From the IMG/VR virus record IMGVR_UViG_3300046000_006880: a DNA stretch of 64,000 nucleotides; one strand, 5' to 3'. This DNA is from an uncultured virus (IMG/VR IMGVR_UViG_3300046000_006880). Its lineage: Duplodnaviria > Heunggongvirae > Uroviricota > Caudoviricetes. Below, piece after piece: positions 53,322 to 62,645 of this stretch. The translations under genes and the position numbers were made by a program. The notes below the pieces were generated by a model. The model did not search any database. It was not told the DNA's origin and saw only the letters and a list, made by a program, of their open reading frames with translations. Position 1 is the stretch's first letter. Each line of letters opens with the position of its first letter.

Positions 53322-54632
53322 TTAGTTATATAGGTCGGAGAATTTGAGGAAACGTCCGCCCCATAGGGATTTTTGAATTGGACTTTCATCCATTTCCTGC
53401 ACGATCTCGCCAAGATCGCCAGACTTGCGGAAAGCGGTGTCCTTTTCTACGGAATCAACTCTCTTTCCAATTTCGTTAAAAGTACCCTTGATCTGATTTA
53501 CATCAGTTGTTGTGGCATCAAGAGACTTCTTTATATTAGCAACTTCATCACTAAGTGACTTAAGTGTTGCTGTTAGATCGCCAAAGGCATTAGTAACAGA
53601 TTCCTTGATGTCTGTAATTGCATCAGCAATTACTTGATCAGCCTTTGCAGCATCTTCTGCTGCTGGTGCTTCTGGATTCTGAATTGCATCTTCTACTGAA
53701 GATGTAGCACTATCATCAGCAATTGAGTCAGACTTTTCTGCTTCAGCAACTGGTGCTTCTGCTTCTGTGACTGCTTCTACTGCTTCTATTGGTTGTGCCT
53801 CTGGAGTGACCTCTACTGATACTGCTTCTGCTTCTGCAACTGGTGCATCCACTGTTAGTGTATCTTCTGACATAGGGTTTACCTCCTTTGTAATCTTAGA
53901 TGTATTAATGCCTTTAGCACTATCAACTAAGAACTTTATCATGTTTGCTTTATCTGAGTCATTTTTTTCTACAAAACCAATGTTTTTCATTTCGTTACCG
54001 TTTACTGGGCTAACGTATGTCTCTTCATCAGAAGTTAGAACAATGCCTGTTTCTTCATCATAAAAAACATTTTCTACAACTACATCGGCAAACTCACCTT
54101 TAATAACATCTACACCGTCAACTTTTTCAACTGACATAATACTTGCAAATTGATTTGCTGGTGAATCTACTAAAGATAGTTCTACTAGATCATAGTCTTT
54201 AATAATTCTAATTGCTTTATCAAGTTCTTCATTATATGCATCATCCCACTTATTCATTCGTCCCCCGATTGAAAAACCAGTGTATGTTCCATCAAGAACT
54301 TTTTCCCATGCGTCCTGTGCACCTTTGGAAATGTATGTAGAAACATAAACTCCCTTATAAAATTTCTTTGTTTCTGGATCAAAATATTTTTCTTCTTTAA
54401 AGTTAAGCATTTTTCCAACTGCTGAGGGCTGATGCATTTCACGTATGTTTCCACGGAATTTTGCAAAAGCACTCATAGATGCTTCTGTTGTAACAATGTC
54501 ATATTGTTTATCAACATTGTCAAGAGATGCAAAACCAGAGACAATTCTTTTCTCAATGTCTACTTTTCCAAAGGGCATTGAAAGGCGAAGGCTGTCGCCG
54601 TCAGTGGTCCAAAAAGCTTTATTTATGTCCAT
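53322..54632 (-). CDS. Prohead protease fused to scaffolding domain
   Basis: VSGFAS, REMH, GFSIGG and ELSLVDSPANQ (HK97-type protease); acidic linker; C-terminal coiled coil. Confidence 0.9.
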   Translation of the reverse strand: MDINKAFWTTDGDSLRLSMPFGKVDIEKRIVSGFASLDNVDKQYDIVTTEASMSAFAKFRGNIREMHQPSAVGKMLNFKEEKYFDPETKKFYKGVYVSTYISKGAQDAWEKVLDGTYTGFSIGGRMNKWDDAYNEELDKAIRIIKDYDLVELSLVDSPANQFASIMSVEKVDGVDVIKGEFADVVVENVFYDEETGIVLTSDEETYVSPVNGNEMKNIGFVEKNDSDKANMIKFLVDSAKGINTSKITKEVNPMSEDTLTVDAPVAEAEAVSVEVTPEAQPIEAVEAVTEAEAPVAEAEKSDSIADDSATSSVEDAIQNPEAPAAEDAAKADQVIADAITDIKESVTNAFGDLTATLKSLSDEVANIKKSLDATTTDVNQIKGTFNEIGKRVDSVEKDTAFRKSGDLGEIVQEMDESPIQKSLWGGRFLKFSDLYN

Positions 54633-54673
54633 ATCGTATTCCATTATACCAAATATTTATAGAGTTTTCTCAA

Positions 54674-56308
54674 TTATTGAGATGCTCTACCTTCACCCTT
54701 CGGATTGCGTCCAGATACAGTTGCAGAGCTATCAGATTGGTTATTTGTTCGTTCAGAATCTCTAGAACGATTCCCATTTGCTCTTGAATCTGCAGCCTGT
54801 CTTGGACTAAGTTCAAGTGGAGTATCACCGTGATCTGCTTGAGGAAGGTCTAAGATTTCACGTGCTTCATTAGGAAGCATAATTTGATTCTTTACATAAC
54901 GCTCAAGAATTTGTGACTGTGCAATCTCATCTGTAAGTGTAAGTTCATTAAACTTAAACTGAAGAATGTCTGTTTTTTCTTTAATAATTTTGCTAATTAC
55001 TTTTTCAAGATGCTGTTGTTCTGGACGAGAAACCTGCTCTTTAAATGTACGATCTTGAGCAAGAGCTGCAGCAATAGCACCTGAGTCTGAACCACCAAGT
55101 TTAGAAATTGGAACTTGATGAGCAATTAAAATATCGTCACGATTTTGCTTTCGGTACTCTTTAAATGAACCATCCTGAATACCATTTTCAATTGGCTTCA
55201 TTTCAAACTCAACTTTAGAATGATCAGTATCTCCAGGAAGAGGAATGTAAAGTGTTCTATGTGATTGTGACTTCATTCCTGTTTGCAAGAATCTAAACAT
55301 TTTATCTTCAGCGTCTGCAGATAACTTTGCACCCTTAAGAGTTATAACATATCTTGGTACCGCTTTATTTTCAAAATAATCAATATTATATTGTGATGCA
55401 AGCTGATCACCAATTAATGATGGAAGGGCTGCAATAATATCAGGTACACCGTAATAAGTATTTAAAGGTGAATAATCTTTAAAGTGAATAATTTCATTTG
55501 GACGATTATCTTCTGTTAGTGGGTTTTGATTATTTGCAGCAAAGTTACGGAAGTAAACAACTTTTGGTCCAATGATTTGAACAAAACCATCACGAAGGCG
55601 ACGGACACGAACTGTTGTTGAAGGAATATGTCCAACATATCCAATCTCTCCAGTTATGGTTCTTCCAATTTCCATGTAACCATTTCCAGTTGCTTGAAGA
55701 TCTGTATAAATTTTTTCCATTGTTCGTGTAAAACTATCATCATCGTTTAATGATTCAAGCCAATCACGTATTTCTAATTTAGCTCTTTCAATACGATTAC
55801 GAGCACGAAGAGTTGCACCTGTATCTGAATTGTTTTCAAGACTCATCATTGTTCTATCTGTGACATCAAAACGATATCCAAGACCAACAACATTTTCTAC
55901 CTTTGCGTCAATTGCGGCATGATTAGCAAAAGATGTATCATAAAAATTAGCAAGTTCATACATATTATAAGGCGGAGTAATTACATCAAATAAGCCATAG
56001 CCATTGCGGTAAACCAAACCAGGATTAATTGCTTTAGATCCAGAATCTTTGATGCCTTTTGGATCAGCATTTGCTGAACTCAAATATGAATCACTAAGCA
56101 AATTAATATTTGCATTTGTAGCAAGATAACCTTCTTGGGTTACTGCTTTATTTACTTGTCTTGTAACACGGCGTTTAAAGTTTTCTTCAATTCCCGTCAA
56201 AGATTTTAATTCGTCCCAAGATTTATTAAATGGATCACTATTTTTAAACTGACTTTCTGGTTTATCTGTTGTTCCAAGTCTTGCTTCTAGGTAATCACTG
56301 TTACTCAT
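54674..56308 (-). CDS. Portal protein
   Basis: TGNGYMEI, EIIHFKDYSP..YYGVP, YFENKAVP and PNEAREIL; upstream of the protease. Start taken as MSNSDY. Confidence 0.92.
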   Translation of the reverse strand: MSNSDYLEARLGTTDKPESQFKNSDPFNKSWDELKSLTGIEENFKRRVTRQVNKAVTQEGYLATNANINLLSDSYLSSANADPKGIKDSGSKAINPGLVYRNGYGLFDVITPPYNMYELANFYDTSFANHAAIDAKVENVVGLGYRFDVTDRTMMSLENNSDTGATLRARNRIERAKLEIRDWLESLNDDDSFTRTMEKIYTDLQATGNGYMEIGRTITGEIGYVGHIPSTTVRVRRLRDGFVQIIGPKVVYFRNFAANNQNPLTEDNRPNEIIHFKDYSPLNTYYGVPDIIAALPSLIGDQLASQYNIDYFENKAVPRYVITLKGAKLSADAEDKMFRFLQTGMKSQSHRTLYIPLPGDTDHSKVEFEMKPIENGIQDGSFKEYRKQNRDDILIAHQVPISKLGGSDSGAIAAALAQDRTFKEQVSRPEQQHLEKVISKIIKEKTDILQFKFNELTLTDEIAQSQILERYVKNQIMLPNEAREILDLPQADHGDTPLELSPRQAADSRANGNRSRDSERTNNQSDSSATVSGRNPKGEGRASQ

Positions 56309-56696
56309 CAAATGCACCCTTTCCTGCTTTATTAAGAGTTTGCTGGGCTGCATGCCACGCACCTAAATCGTTCATTGAAGGGATTAGTCCAGACTTCATA
56401 CGATCTATTTGTTCAGAGTGTTCCTCTTCTGAAATACGAGTAAGGCCTGGAACAAATACTGCTTCTCCATCGCCTTCATCTCCATAGTGCTTTGCTGCTG
56501 CTTTAAGTTCTGCAATTTTTGCTATATCATTACGCATTGACTCAATGTTGAGTACGTTGCCTTCTCCGTCAGTAAACCATTTTCCAGTTGACTTTTTATA
56601 CACATATAGACCCCAGTTATATTTTTTTTCTATAACCTGTCTGCGTACATTTTTGACAATTGGTTGGCCAGTTTCGGGGTTGATTAAAGAATCCAT
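56301..56696 (-). CDS. Hypothetical protein upstream of portal
   Basis: Coupled to portal; ATG lies 7 nt after TGGTATACT. Confidence 0.75.
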   Translation of the reverse strand: MDSLINPETGQPIVKNVRRQVIEKKYNWGLYVYKKSTGKWFTDGEGNVLNIESMRNDIAKIAELKAAAKHYGDEGDGEAVFVPGLTRISEEEHSEQIDRMKSGLIPSMNDLGAWHAAQQTLNKAGKGAFDE

Positions 56697-56748
56697 AACC
56701 ATCAGTATACCATATTCCTAAGAGATAAGTACTTAAATAACCAGTATT

Positions 56749-58782
56749 TTAGTACAACTTGATTTCACAAGCATCTGTAGAACAATATTTCTCAGACTCA
56801 GCATCAAGGTTATCTTTACCATCATAAATAGCAGACCAGTCAATTTTGCCAATTGTTCCTACATATGCATTATATTGTTCTCTTGTAATCTCCGTATATG
56901 GTTGCTGTGGATAGGTTTTATTCCCCATTGGAAGGAATGAAACAGCCTTTAGCTGGCCCTCATACATATTAAGGGCTGGAGCAATAAATTTTGTTTCTTC
57001 TTCTTTGTCAAATGAAAGTGTCACAGAGACACCATTATCTGACCAGTACTTCTGAGCAGTTGCTGCCAAACCAATTTTCTCAAACAAACTAACCTGCTTT
57101 TCTGCACGTTTGTGTCCAGATGCAACTGGGAAATATACTACCTGTGTATTTGCTGATACAAGGTCTGGTTCAACTTTATACCCCGCTGCTTTGAATAGGT
57201 GAAGCATTGGATCTTGGTCTCCAAAGCGAATAGCTCTAAGATAGAACTCTCCACCAGGACCCCAGTGAACTCCAGGGGTAGCACCAGAGAGAAGTGAAAC
57301 AGATCCTGATGGCTTAACTGTAGTTACACGAACTGACTCACGAACACACAACCATTCTGAATATGAATGATCATATTTACGGATTGTATTATATCCTTCA
57401 TCCATCCATTCACGAATAACAGGAAGACCATATTCATCAGCAAAAGAAGCAATGCCTGTAAGAGATGTGCCAATACGACGATTGCGTTGCATAATACCAT
57501 TTGTCTGTTGCCAATGTGTAGGCATTAAAGTTACAGTTTTTCCATAAAGATAAGCAAACTTTAATGTCTTTAAAAAGTCTTCTTTAGATTCATGGCGATT
57601 AAGATGAACTTCAACCAATGTACATAGTTCATAACTTTCTAGTGGCTGTTCAGCACAAGGATTAAAACCCATGATTCTAGAATCTTTATAGTCTGGTGCA
57701 TCTGCAAGACGACCATAACTACGTGCAACATCTAACCAAATAAAACCTGGTTCTCCATTATCTGCAATTAAATCTACATAGTCTTCATACTTTGTTCCAA
57801 CTTCAGCAGCAATAGAGTTATTACTCATCCATGCCCACCCTGGTTTCTTTGGATCATATGAATTTCTTTCTGCAAATACCTCGGGATTTTTAAGATTAAT
57901 AAAATCTTGATCTTCTGGTGTACCAAGTGCAAGGGTAGCAGAACGACGAACATTTCCAGAAACAACACATGTACCAATAAGATTTACAATATCTACAATA
58001 GCACGGCTATCAAAGGCATCCCCTGCTCTAGAACCGATTACATTACGAATACGTGTATGGAGATCAATAAGTGGTGCTGGACCGCTTGCTACCCCGCCAA
58101 AGCCCTTAATAGGGGCACCTAGAGGACGAATGAGGTCATAGGTAAACTCTTGAATAGACTGGTTTGCACGAAGGAATGAATTAATAAGTAATCTAACAGA
58201 CTCAACCCATCCTTCACGAGTATCTGGGATTTCATAAATAGATGCTGGCTCTGTTGGAGCATAGATAGACATTTGCTTGTCTTGACCAAGGGTATCAAAC
58301 CCTACACCAATACCTAACATTAATGCATCCATTACCCAAGCAAAAAGAGCACCTGGATCATTACGATCAATGTCACGAGTAGAGACCATTGCACAATTTT
58401 GAAGGGATGCTGAGTTACGCTTCTCCATAGTCATAGGAGTTCCAAATGCCCAGAGACCACGGCCTGGAGGAGTCCACTTTAATTCAAACATTCTTTGAAA
58501 GGCTTCTTGGGCAGACTTCTGTGCCTTGTTATCATTCCAAGGTAGGCGATTATCTTTAGCATGGTTTTTTTGAACTGAATACATACCCTCAATTACACGA
58601 CGACATACTTCATGCCAGCGTTCTTTTGTCCCGTCTTCTTTAACACGAGAATATGTACGAATAAATGTTACCTCTCCCAGAGAGTTAGATCCTGCATCTG
58701 AGAATCCAAATGGCGCTGGGATGGTTTGATATTTATTTACAAATTCTTCTGATAGACGAAAAGAGAATACGCTTTCTGACAT
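56749..58782 (-). CDS. nrdJ: Class II (B12-dependent) ribonucleotide reductase, monomeric RTPR type
   Basis: RTYSR, PPGRGLW, LQNC, GNVRRSA, NPCAEQ, TVKPSGSVS and C-terminal CSTDAC redox pair. Confidence 0.95.
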   Translation of the reverse strand: MSESVFSFRLSEEFVNKYQTIPAPFGFSDAGSNSLGEVTFIRTYSRVKEDGTKERWHEVCRRVIEGMYSVQKNHAKDNRLPWNDNKAQKSAQEAFQRMFELKWTPPGRGLWAFGTPMTMEKRNSASLQNCAMVSTRDIDRNDPGALFAWVMDALMLGIGVGFDTLGQDKQMSIYAPTEPASIYEIPDTREGWVESVRLLINSFLRANQSIQEFTYDLIRPLGAPIKGFGGVASGPAPLIDLHTRIRNVIGSRAGDAFDSRAIVDIVNLIGTCVVSGNVRRSATLALGTPEDQDFINLKNPEVFAERNSYDPKKPGWAWMSNNSIAAEVGTKYEDYVDLIADNGEPGFIWLDVARSYGRLADAPDYKDSRIMGFNPCAEQPLESYELCTLVEVHLNRHESKEDFLKTLKFAYLYGKTVTLMPTHWQQTNGIMQRNRRIGTSLTGIASFADEYGLPVIREWMDEGYNTIRKYDHSYSEWLCVRESVRVTTVKPSGSVSLLSGATPGVHWGPGGEFYLRAIRFGDQDPMLHLFKAAGYKVEPDLVSANTQVVYFPVASGHKRAEKQVSLFEKIGLAATAQKYWSDNGVSVTLSFDKEEETKFIAPALNMYEGQLKAVSFLPMGNKTYPQQPYTEITREQYNAYVGTIGKIDWSAIYDGKDNLDAESEKYCSTDACEIKLY

Positions 58783-58856
58783 TTATATACCTTTCAAAGT
58801 AAAATTAGACGAGTACTTCATGTTTTCTGAAGTAGTACCTAAGTATAACACAGTTT

Positions 58857-58887
58857 AAAAAGAAAAACACGCTCACTAAGAGCGTGT
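58857..58887 (-). terminator. Intrinsic terminator ending the fibre gene operon
   Basis: Minus strand ACACGCTC-TTAGT-GAGCGTGT followed by TTTTCTTTT. Confidence 0.8.
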
Positions 58888-58940
58888 AAATCTTTACTTT
58901 AGAGTTAGTACTTTTTGTAAATTAAAGTGCTACTAACTAT

Positions 58941-59507
58941 TTATACATAACGAATTGCGCGAACTGGGAAAGCACCAGTTCCTTTATCAGAGTAGTCCTG
59001 AGTGCCATCTACCATACTTTGTATATGAGCATCTGACGTAAATTGCTCACTAGATGCCCAATAATAGGTTTGAGCAGCGGTTCCGCTTGTTGGAAAACCA
59101 CCGACAACTGTTTTTTGTAAGTAAAGTTGAGCAAGTTCTAATCTTGAAGGTAAGAACCAATCCGTTTTACCGCCACCAGTATAGGAGCGGCATCTAGTTG
59201 CGGCTTTATTGGCGGTACTGTTCTGCGCCACTATCGCAATTGAGTTGGTCAATCCTGCACCGATAGCGGTGGAAGTGCCTACAAGAGTATTTCCATTTCC
59301 AGACCAATTGAGTTGTTGTGTAAGATTAAATGCTGGGGAAGTAGAAGAATTTGCTGCTTCCATATATCTTCCCCAGGATAAAGTGCTTCCAGCATCATAG
59401 AATATTTTACCTCCGCCAGGACCAGTATCGCCTATAGAATAAACAATAGGGGCAGATAAAGATCCTGCACCTGAAAAAGATCCGACTCCGCTGAACGTAT
59501 TTGGCAT
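58941..59507 (-). CDS. DUF1566/Lcl-like (C-type-lectin fold) protein, paralogue B
   Basis: IGDTGPGGGKIFY, DWFLPSRLEL, YYWASSE and VRAIR. Confidence 0.75.
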   Translation of the reverse strand: MPNTFSGVGSFSGAGSLSAPIVYSIGDTGPGGGKIFYDAGSTLSWGRYMEAANSSTSPAFNLTQQLNWSGNGNTLVGTSTAIGAGLTNSIAIVAQNSTANKAATRCRSYTGGGKTDWFLPSRLELAQLYLQKTVVGGFPTSGTAAQTYYWASSEQFTSDAHIQSMVDGTQDYSDKGTGAFPVRAIRYV

Positions 59508-59508
59508 A

Positions 59509-59814
59509 TTATTCTACTAGTTCTTGCCAATTAAGATCTTCTTCTACCCACATATACATTTTACCATCTGTTGGATATGAAGTAGGTGGTTCATATGATG
59601 CAGTTTCTAAATTTAATGTCCAAGATGGGAATTGCTGAACTCCATAGCACTCTAAGGTTTGTCTTGCAATTAATTCTGATTCCGCCCAAATCCATCCTTC
59701 AACGGGATAAGAGTAGGTATCCTTTTGATCTATCCATAATTCAAAGTTATCATTGATAACTCTATCGGCTGACCAAATTAGAAAGCCGTTGTCATTTTTA
59801 TAAAATCCTTGCAT
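59509..59814 (-). CDS. Hypothetical protein (fibre assembly-like)
   Basis: YSYPVEGW and FPSWTL...YPTDGKMY.W.E motifs common in tail-associated small proteins. Confidence 0.65.
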   Translation of the reverse strand: MQGFYKNDNGFLIWSADRVINDNFELWIDQKDTYSYPVEGWIWAESELIARQTLECYGVQQFPSWTLNLETASYEPPTSYPTDGKMYMWVEEDLNWQELVE

Positions 59815-59826
59815 TATATTTCTCCC

Positions 59827-60372
59827 TTATTCTACGTAACGAATTGGTCTAATATACCAGGTTCCACTTTTTGCAGTAGAAGCTTCGCCGCTGCTATAGC
59901 GACCATAAGCATTTGTTGCACTGCTCTCAGTTGAGGACCAATAGTATGCATTACCAGCCACTGGTGAATACGAAGCCCTATTAGCAATAAATGGAGTTAA
60001 TTCATCTCTTGATGGTAAGAACCAATCAGTAAATCCATTAACCTCATATGCGTCACAATATGTTCCTGCTTTACTTGCTGTATTGTTTTGTGCAACTATG
60101 GCTAAAGTATTTGTATATCCTGTGCCAATTGCTGAAGATGTTCCAACTAAAGTATTAGTGTTACCTGACCATGTTCCTGTTGTATCACTAAAATTTGAAG
60201 CACCAGCAGGAGCTGGAGCACATTCTAAATACTGACCCCAAGATAGTGTGCTTCCAGCGTCATAAAAAATCTTTCCTCCTGCAGGACCAGTTTGACCAAT
60301 AGTATAAACTGCTTTATTTTTTAAACTACCGACACCTGAGAAAGATCCTTGACCACTATAAGTACTTGGCAT
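59827..60372 (-). CDS. DUF1566/Lcl-like (C-type-lectin fold) protein, paralogue A
   Basis: IGQTGPAGGKIFY, DWFLPSRDEL, YYWSSTE and IRPIR. Confidence 0.75.
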   Translation of the reverse strand: MPSTYSGQGSFSGVGSLKNKAVYTIGQTGPAGGKIFYDAGSTLSWGQYLECAPAPAGASNFSDTTGTWSGNTNTLVGTSSAIGTGYTNTLAIVAQNNTASKAGTYCDAYEVNGFTDWFLPSRDELTPFIANRASYSPVAGNAYYWSSTESSATNAYGRYSSGEASTAKSGTWYIRPIRYVE

Positions 60373-60378
60373 GTTGCA

Positions 60379-62127
60379 TTACCAGGCACTCATTATATTC
60401 ATAAGAGAAATATCTTGTTCATATCCACTTGCATCAAGTGATGCATGTATTGGTGATGTAATTTTTGTTGCAGATGCTACTCCAAGTGTAGGAGCAGTCA
60501 TTGTTGGGCTAGTTAAAGTTTTATTTGTAAGAGTCTGTGTATTTCCAGCAGTTGTAATTATATTATCTGCAGACAAAGTTCCAACATATGCGTTACTGCC
60601 TCCAGCTGGAACAATTCTAACGTTTGTGTCTCCACTTACTAAGAAATCACCAGTTCCGCTAATTGTGGATGTTCCTGAAAGTGTTGCACCTGATAATGTT
60701 AGTCCCGCAATTGTTGTGACGGTAGCTCCTGAAGCAATTGATGTTGATCCAAGTGTTGGTGCTGAATATCCTGATACTGTACCCCAAGAAGTTGAAGTTC
60801 CATCTGTAGTAAGGTACTTACCTGAGTTGCTAGTTTGTGAAGCAACTAAATCAGTTCCGTTATATTTTAATGTCTTACCTGAAGCAAGATTAATATGCTC
60901 TGATGAAGTCCAAGCATCTGTAGCGTCTACCCAGTTAAAAGTTTTATCAGTTGCCCCCTTGAGTGTGAGGCCACCACCGTCGGCAGTTGTATCAGTTGGG
61001 GTATCAACATCACCAAGGATAATATTCTTATCATCCACTGCAAGAGTAGTAGAGTTAATTGTTGTGGTTGTGCCATTAATTGTTAGGTCCCCTGAAAGTG
61101 TAAGGGATGTACCAGTTGCAGCACCAATGTTTGGTGTTACAAGTGTTGGGGTATCAGCAAAAACAAGTGTTCCACTACCATTGTGATCAGAGATTACTGA
61201 TTGAAGTTCTGATGAAGAAGTTGCTGCAAAAGCATCCAACTTATTGTTTGTAAGAGCAACAGTACCTGTAGCATCTGGGAAAGTTACTGTACGGTCACCA
61301 GTTGGATCTGCAACTGTAAGTGTTGTCTCAAATTCATTTGCTGTTGTACCTTCAAGAACGATTGAACCATCTGAAAGCGTAAGTCCTGAAACTACTGGAC
61401 TTGTCAAAGTTTTGTTTGTTAAAGTTTCTGTTTTGCTTTCAGTTGATTTGGCATCTAATTGAGTTTGTATTGCTGAAGTAACACCATTAAGGTATCCGAT
61501 TTCTGTATCTGTAACATCTGTAACACGAGCCTGAATTGTTGTAGTATCTACATCAAATTTACTTGTTCCAGCATTCCAGCTAATTCCATTACCTGCAAGT
61601 GTAGACTGATCTACTTCTGCTCCACCAATTTCTGAATCTACATATTCTTGTGTTGCTACTGTTCCTGTTTCATCAGGAAATGTTATAGTACGATCTGCTG
61701 TGGGTTCTCCTGCTGAAAGGGTAAGTTCGTGAGCATCTGCTGTTGAACCTTCCATTACGATTGTTGAAGTAAATATACCAATGTCTGTAATGTCTGAAAG
61801 GTTTCCTGTTGTAATAACAGTTCCTGTAACATTTGGAATAGTAATTGTACGATCTGCTGTAGGATCTGTTATTTGAAGTGTTGTTTCAAATCCATCTGCC
61901 GTTGCACCCTCAAATGTAATACTTGAGCCAAAGGCAGGGTTTACTGTTGAATTAGCATCAATAAAGTAATCAAGGGTTAGCCAGTGATTTGTGCCATCAC
62001 CAATTTTAAACTTGTTTGTATCGGTCTCATATCCAATTTCGCCAGGTTCAAGAATGGGGCCATTTCCTGAATTTGTTGAAATCCATTGAGCCGCAGTACC
62101 TCTGCGCTGTTGCATTCTTGTTGCCAT
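60379..62127 (-). CDS. Virion fibre protein with Mtd-N/hyaluronidase-like N-terminal domain
   Basis: RMQQRRGTAAQW...PILEPGEIGYETDTNKFKIGDG; three EG.TA...E.TL....PT.DRT.T.P repeats; LTNKTLTSP motifs. Confidence 0.75.
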   Translation of the reverse strand: MATRMQQRRGTAAQWISTNSGNGPILEPGEIGYETDTNKFKIGDGTNHWLTLDYFIDANSTVNPAFGSSITFEGATADGFETTLQITDPTADRTITIPNVTGTVITTGNLSDITDIGIFTSTIVMEGSTADAHELTLSAGEPTADRTITFPDETGTVATQEYVDSEIGGAEVDQSTLAGNGISWNAGTSKFDVDTTTIQARVTDVTDTEIGYLNGVTSAIQTQLDAKSTESKTETLTNKTLTSPVVSGLTLSDGSIVLEGTTANEFETTLTVADPTGDRTVTFPDATGTVALTNNKLDAFAATSSSELQSVISDHNGSGTLVFADTPTLVTPNIGAATGTSLTLSGDLTINGTTTTINSTTLAVDDKNIILGDVDTPTDTTADGGGLTLKGATDKTFNWVDATDAWTSSEHINLASGKTLKYNGTDLVASQTSNSGKYLTTDGTSTSWGTVSGYSAPTLGSTSIASGATVTTIAGLTLSGATLSGTSTISGTGDFLVSGDTNVRIVPAGGSNAYVGTLSADNIITTAGNTQTLTNKTLTSPTMTAPTLGVASATKITSPIHASLDASGYEQDISLMNIMSAW

Positions 62128-62168
62128 TTATAGCCTCCTGTGGTGTATGTTAATATTATATCAGATAA

Positions 62169-62630
62169 TTAGTTGAAATTATCTAATGGACTTCCGCCAT
62201 CATAGCTGTTTGTCCAGTACTCTGAATCATAGAATCCTGCAATTTCAGCTGATGTAAAAATTGAATCATAGAAGCCTGCATCTTGGAATACTGAAACAAT
62301 AAGTCCAGTTCCGTCAATTGCAGTATCGTGAATGTGTTGTCTAAGATCGGCGGTATCGGAGAAAGTAGCAATCATAATCCATTCAGCAGCATCTGTTGAA
62401 TAAATAGATAAATGTTGTGTTACAGTGTCAAACCATAATTGACCATCTACTGGACTTACTGGCTCTGTTGACTCTGTTGGTACGATTGGAGCTTTAGTGT
62501 CTACATATAGCTTTGTAGCGGCATGTGTATTTTCAGTAGGTGTATCTACTGTTACAGTACCGCCAAAAGATCCACCAAGGGCAACGATTAACCCATTTTT
62601 TACTTTAAAATCTTTATCAGTCGTTGCCAC
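62169..62630 (-). CDS. Virion structural protein (fibre module)
   Basis: DKDFKVKNGL, HAATKLYVD and P..GQLWFDT fibre motifs; GTG start after AAAGGAG. Confidence 0.65.
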   Translation of the reverse strand: MATTDKDFKVKNGLIVALGGSFGGTVTVDTPTENTHAATKLYVDTKAPIVPTESTEPVSPVDGQLWFDTVTQHLSIYSTDAAEWIMIATFSDTADLRQHIHDTAIDGTGLIVSVFQDAGFYDSIFTSAEIAGFYDSEYWTNSYDGGSPLDNFN

Positions 62631-62645
62631 TTGGTTTCTCCTTTA

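Noticed and set aside
15879..58782. Inteins or introns in terL, recA, dnaE, helicase or nrdJ
   Set aside because: All have ordinary lengths and contiguous motifs; no intein splice-junction or LAGLIDADG insertions seen.
58783..58850. Cobalamin riboswitch or NrdR box upstream of nrdJ
   Set aside because: The leader is only about 50 nt with one simple hairpin (TACTTCA/TGAAGTA); no B12 box or NrdR palindrome recognised.
58890..60372. Diversity-generating retroelement acting on the DUF1566-like genes
   Set aside because: No reverse transcriptase and no template repeat differing only at adenines in the window; the two 3' ends differ at all base types. Cannot be excluded outside the window.
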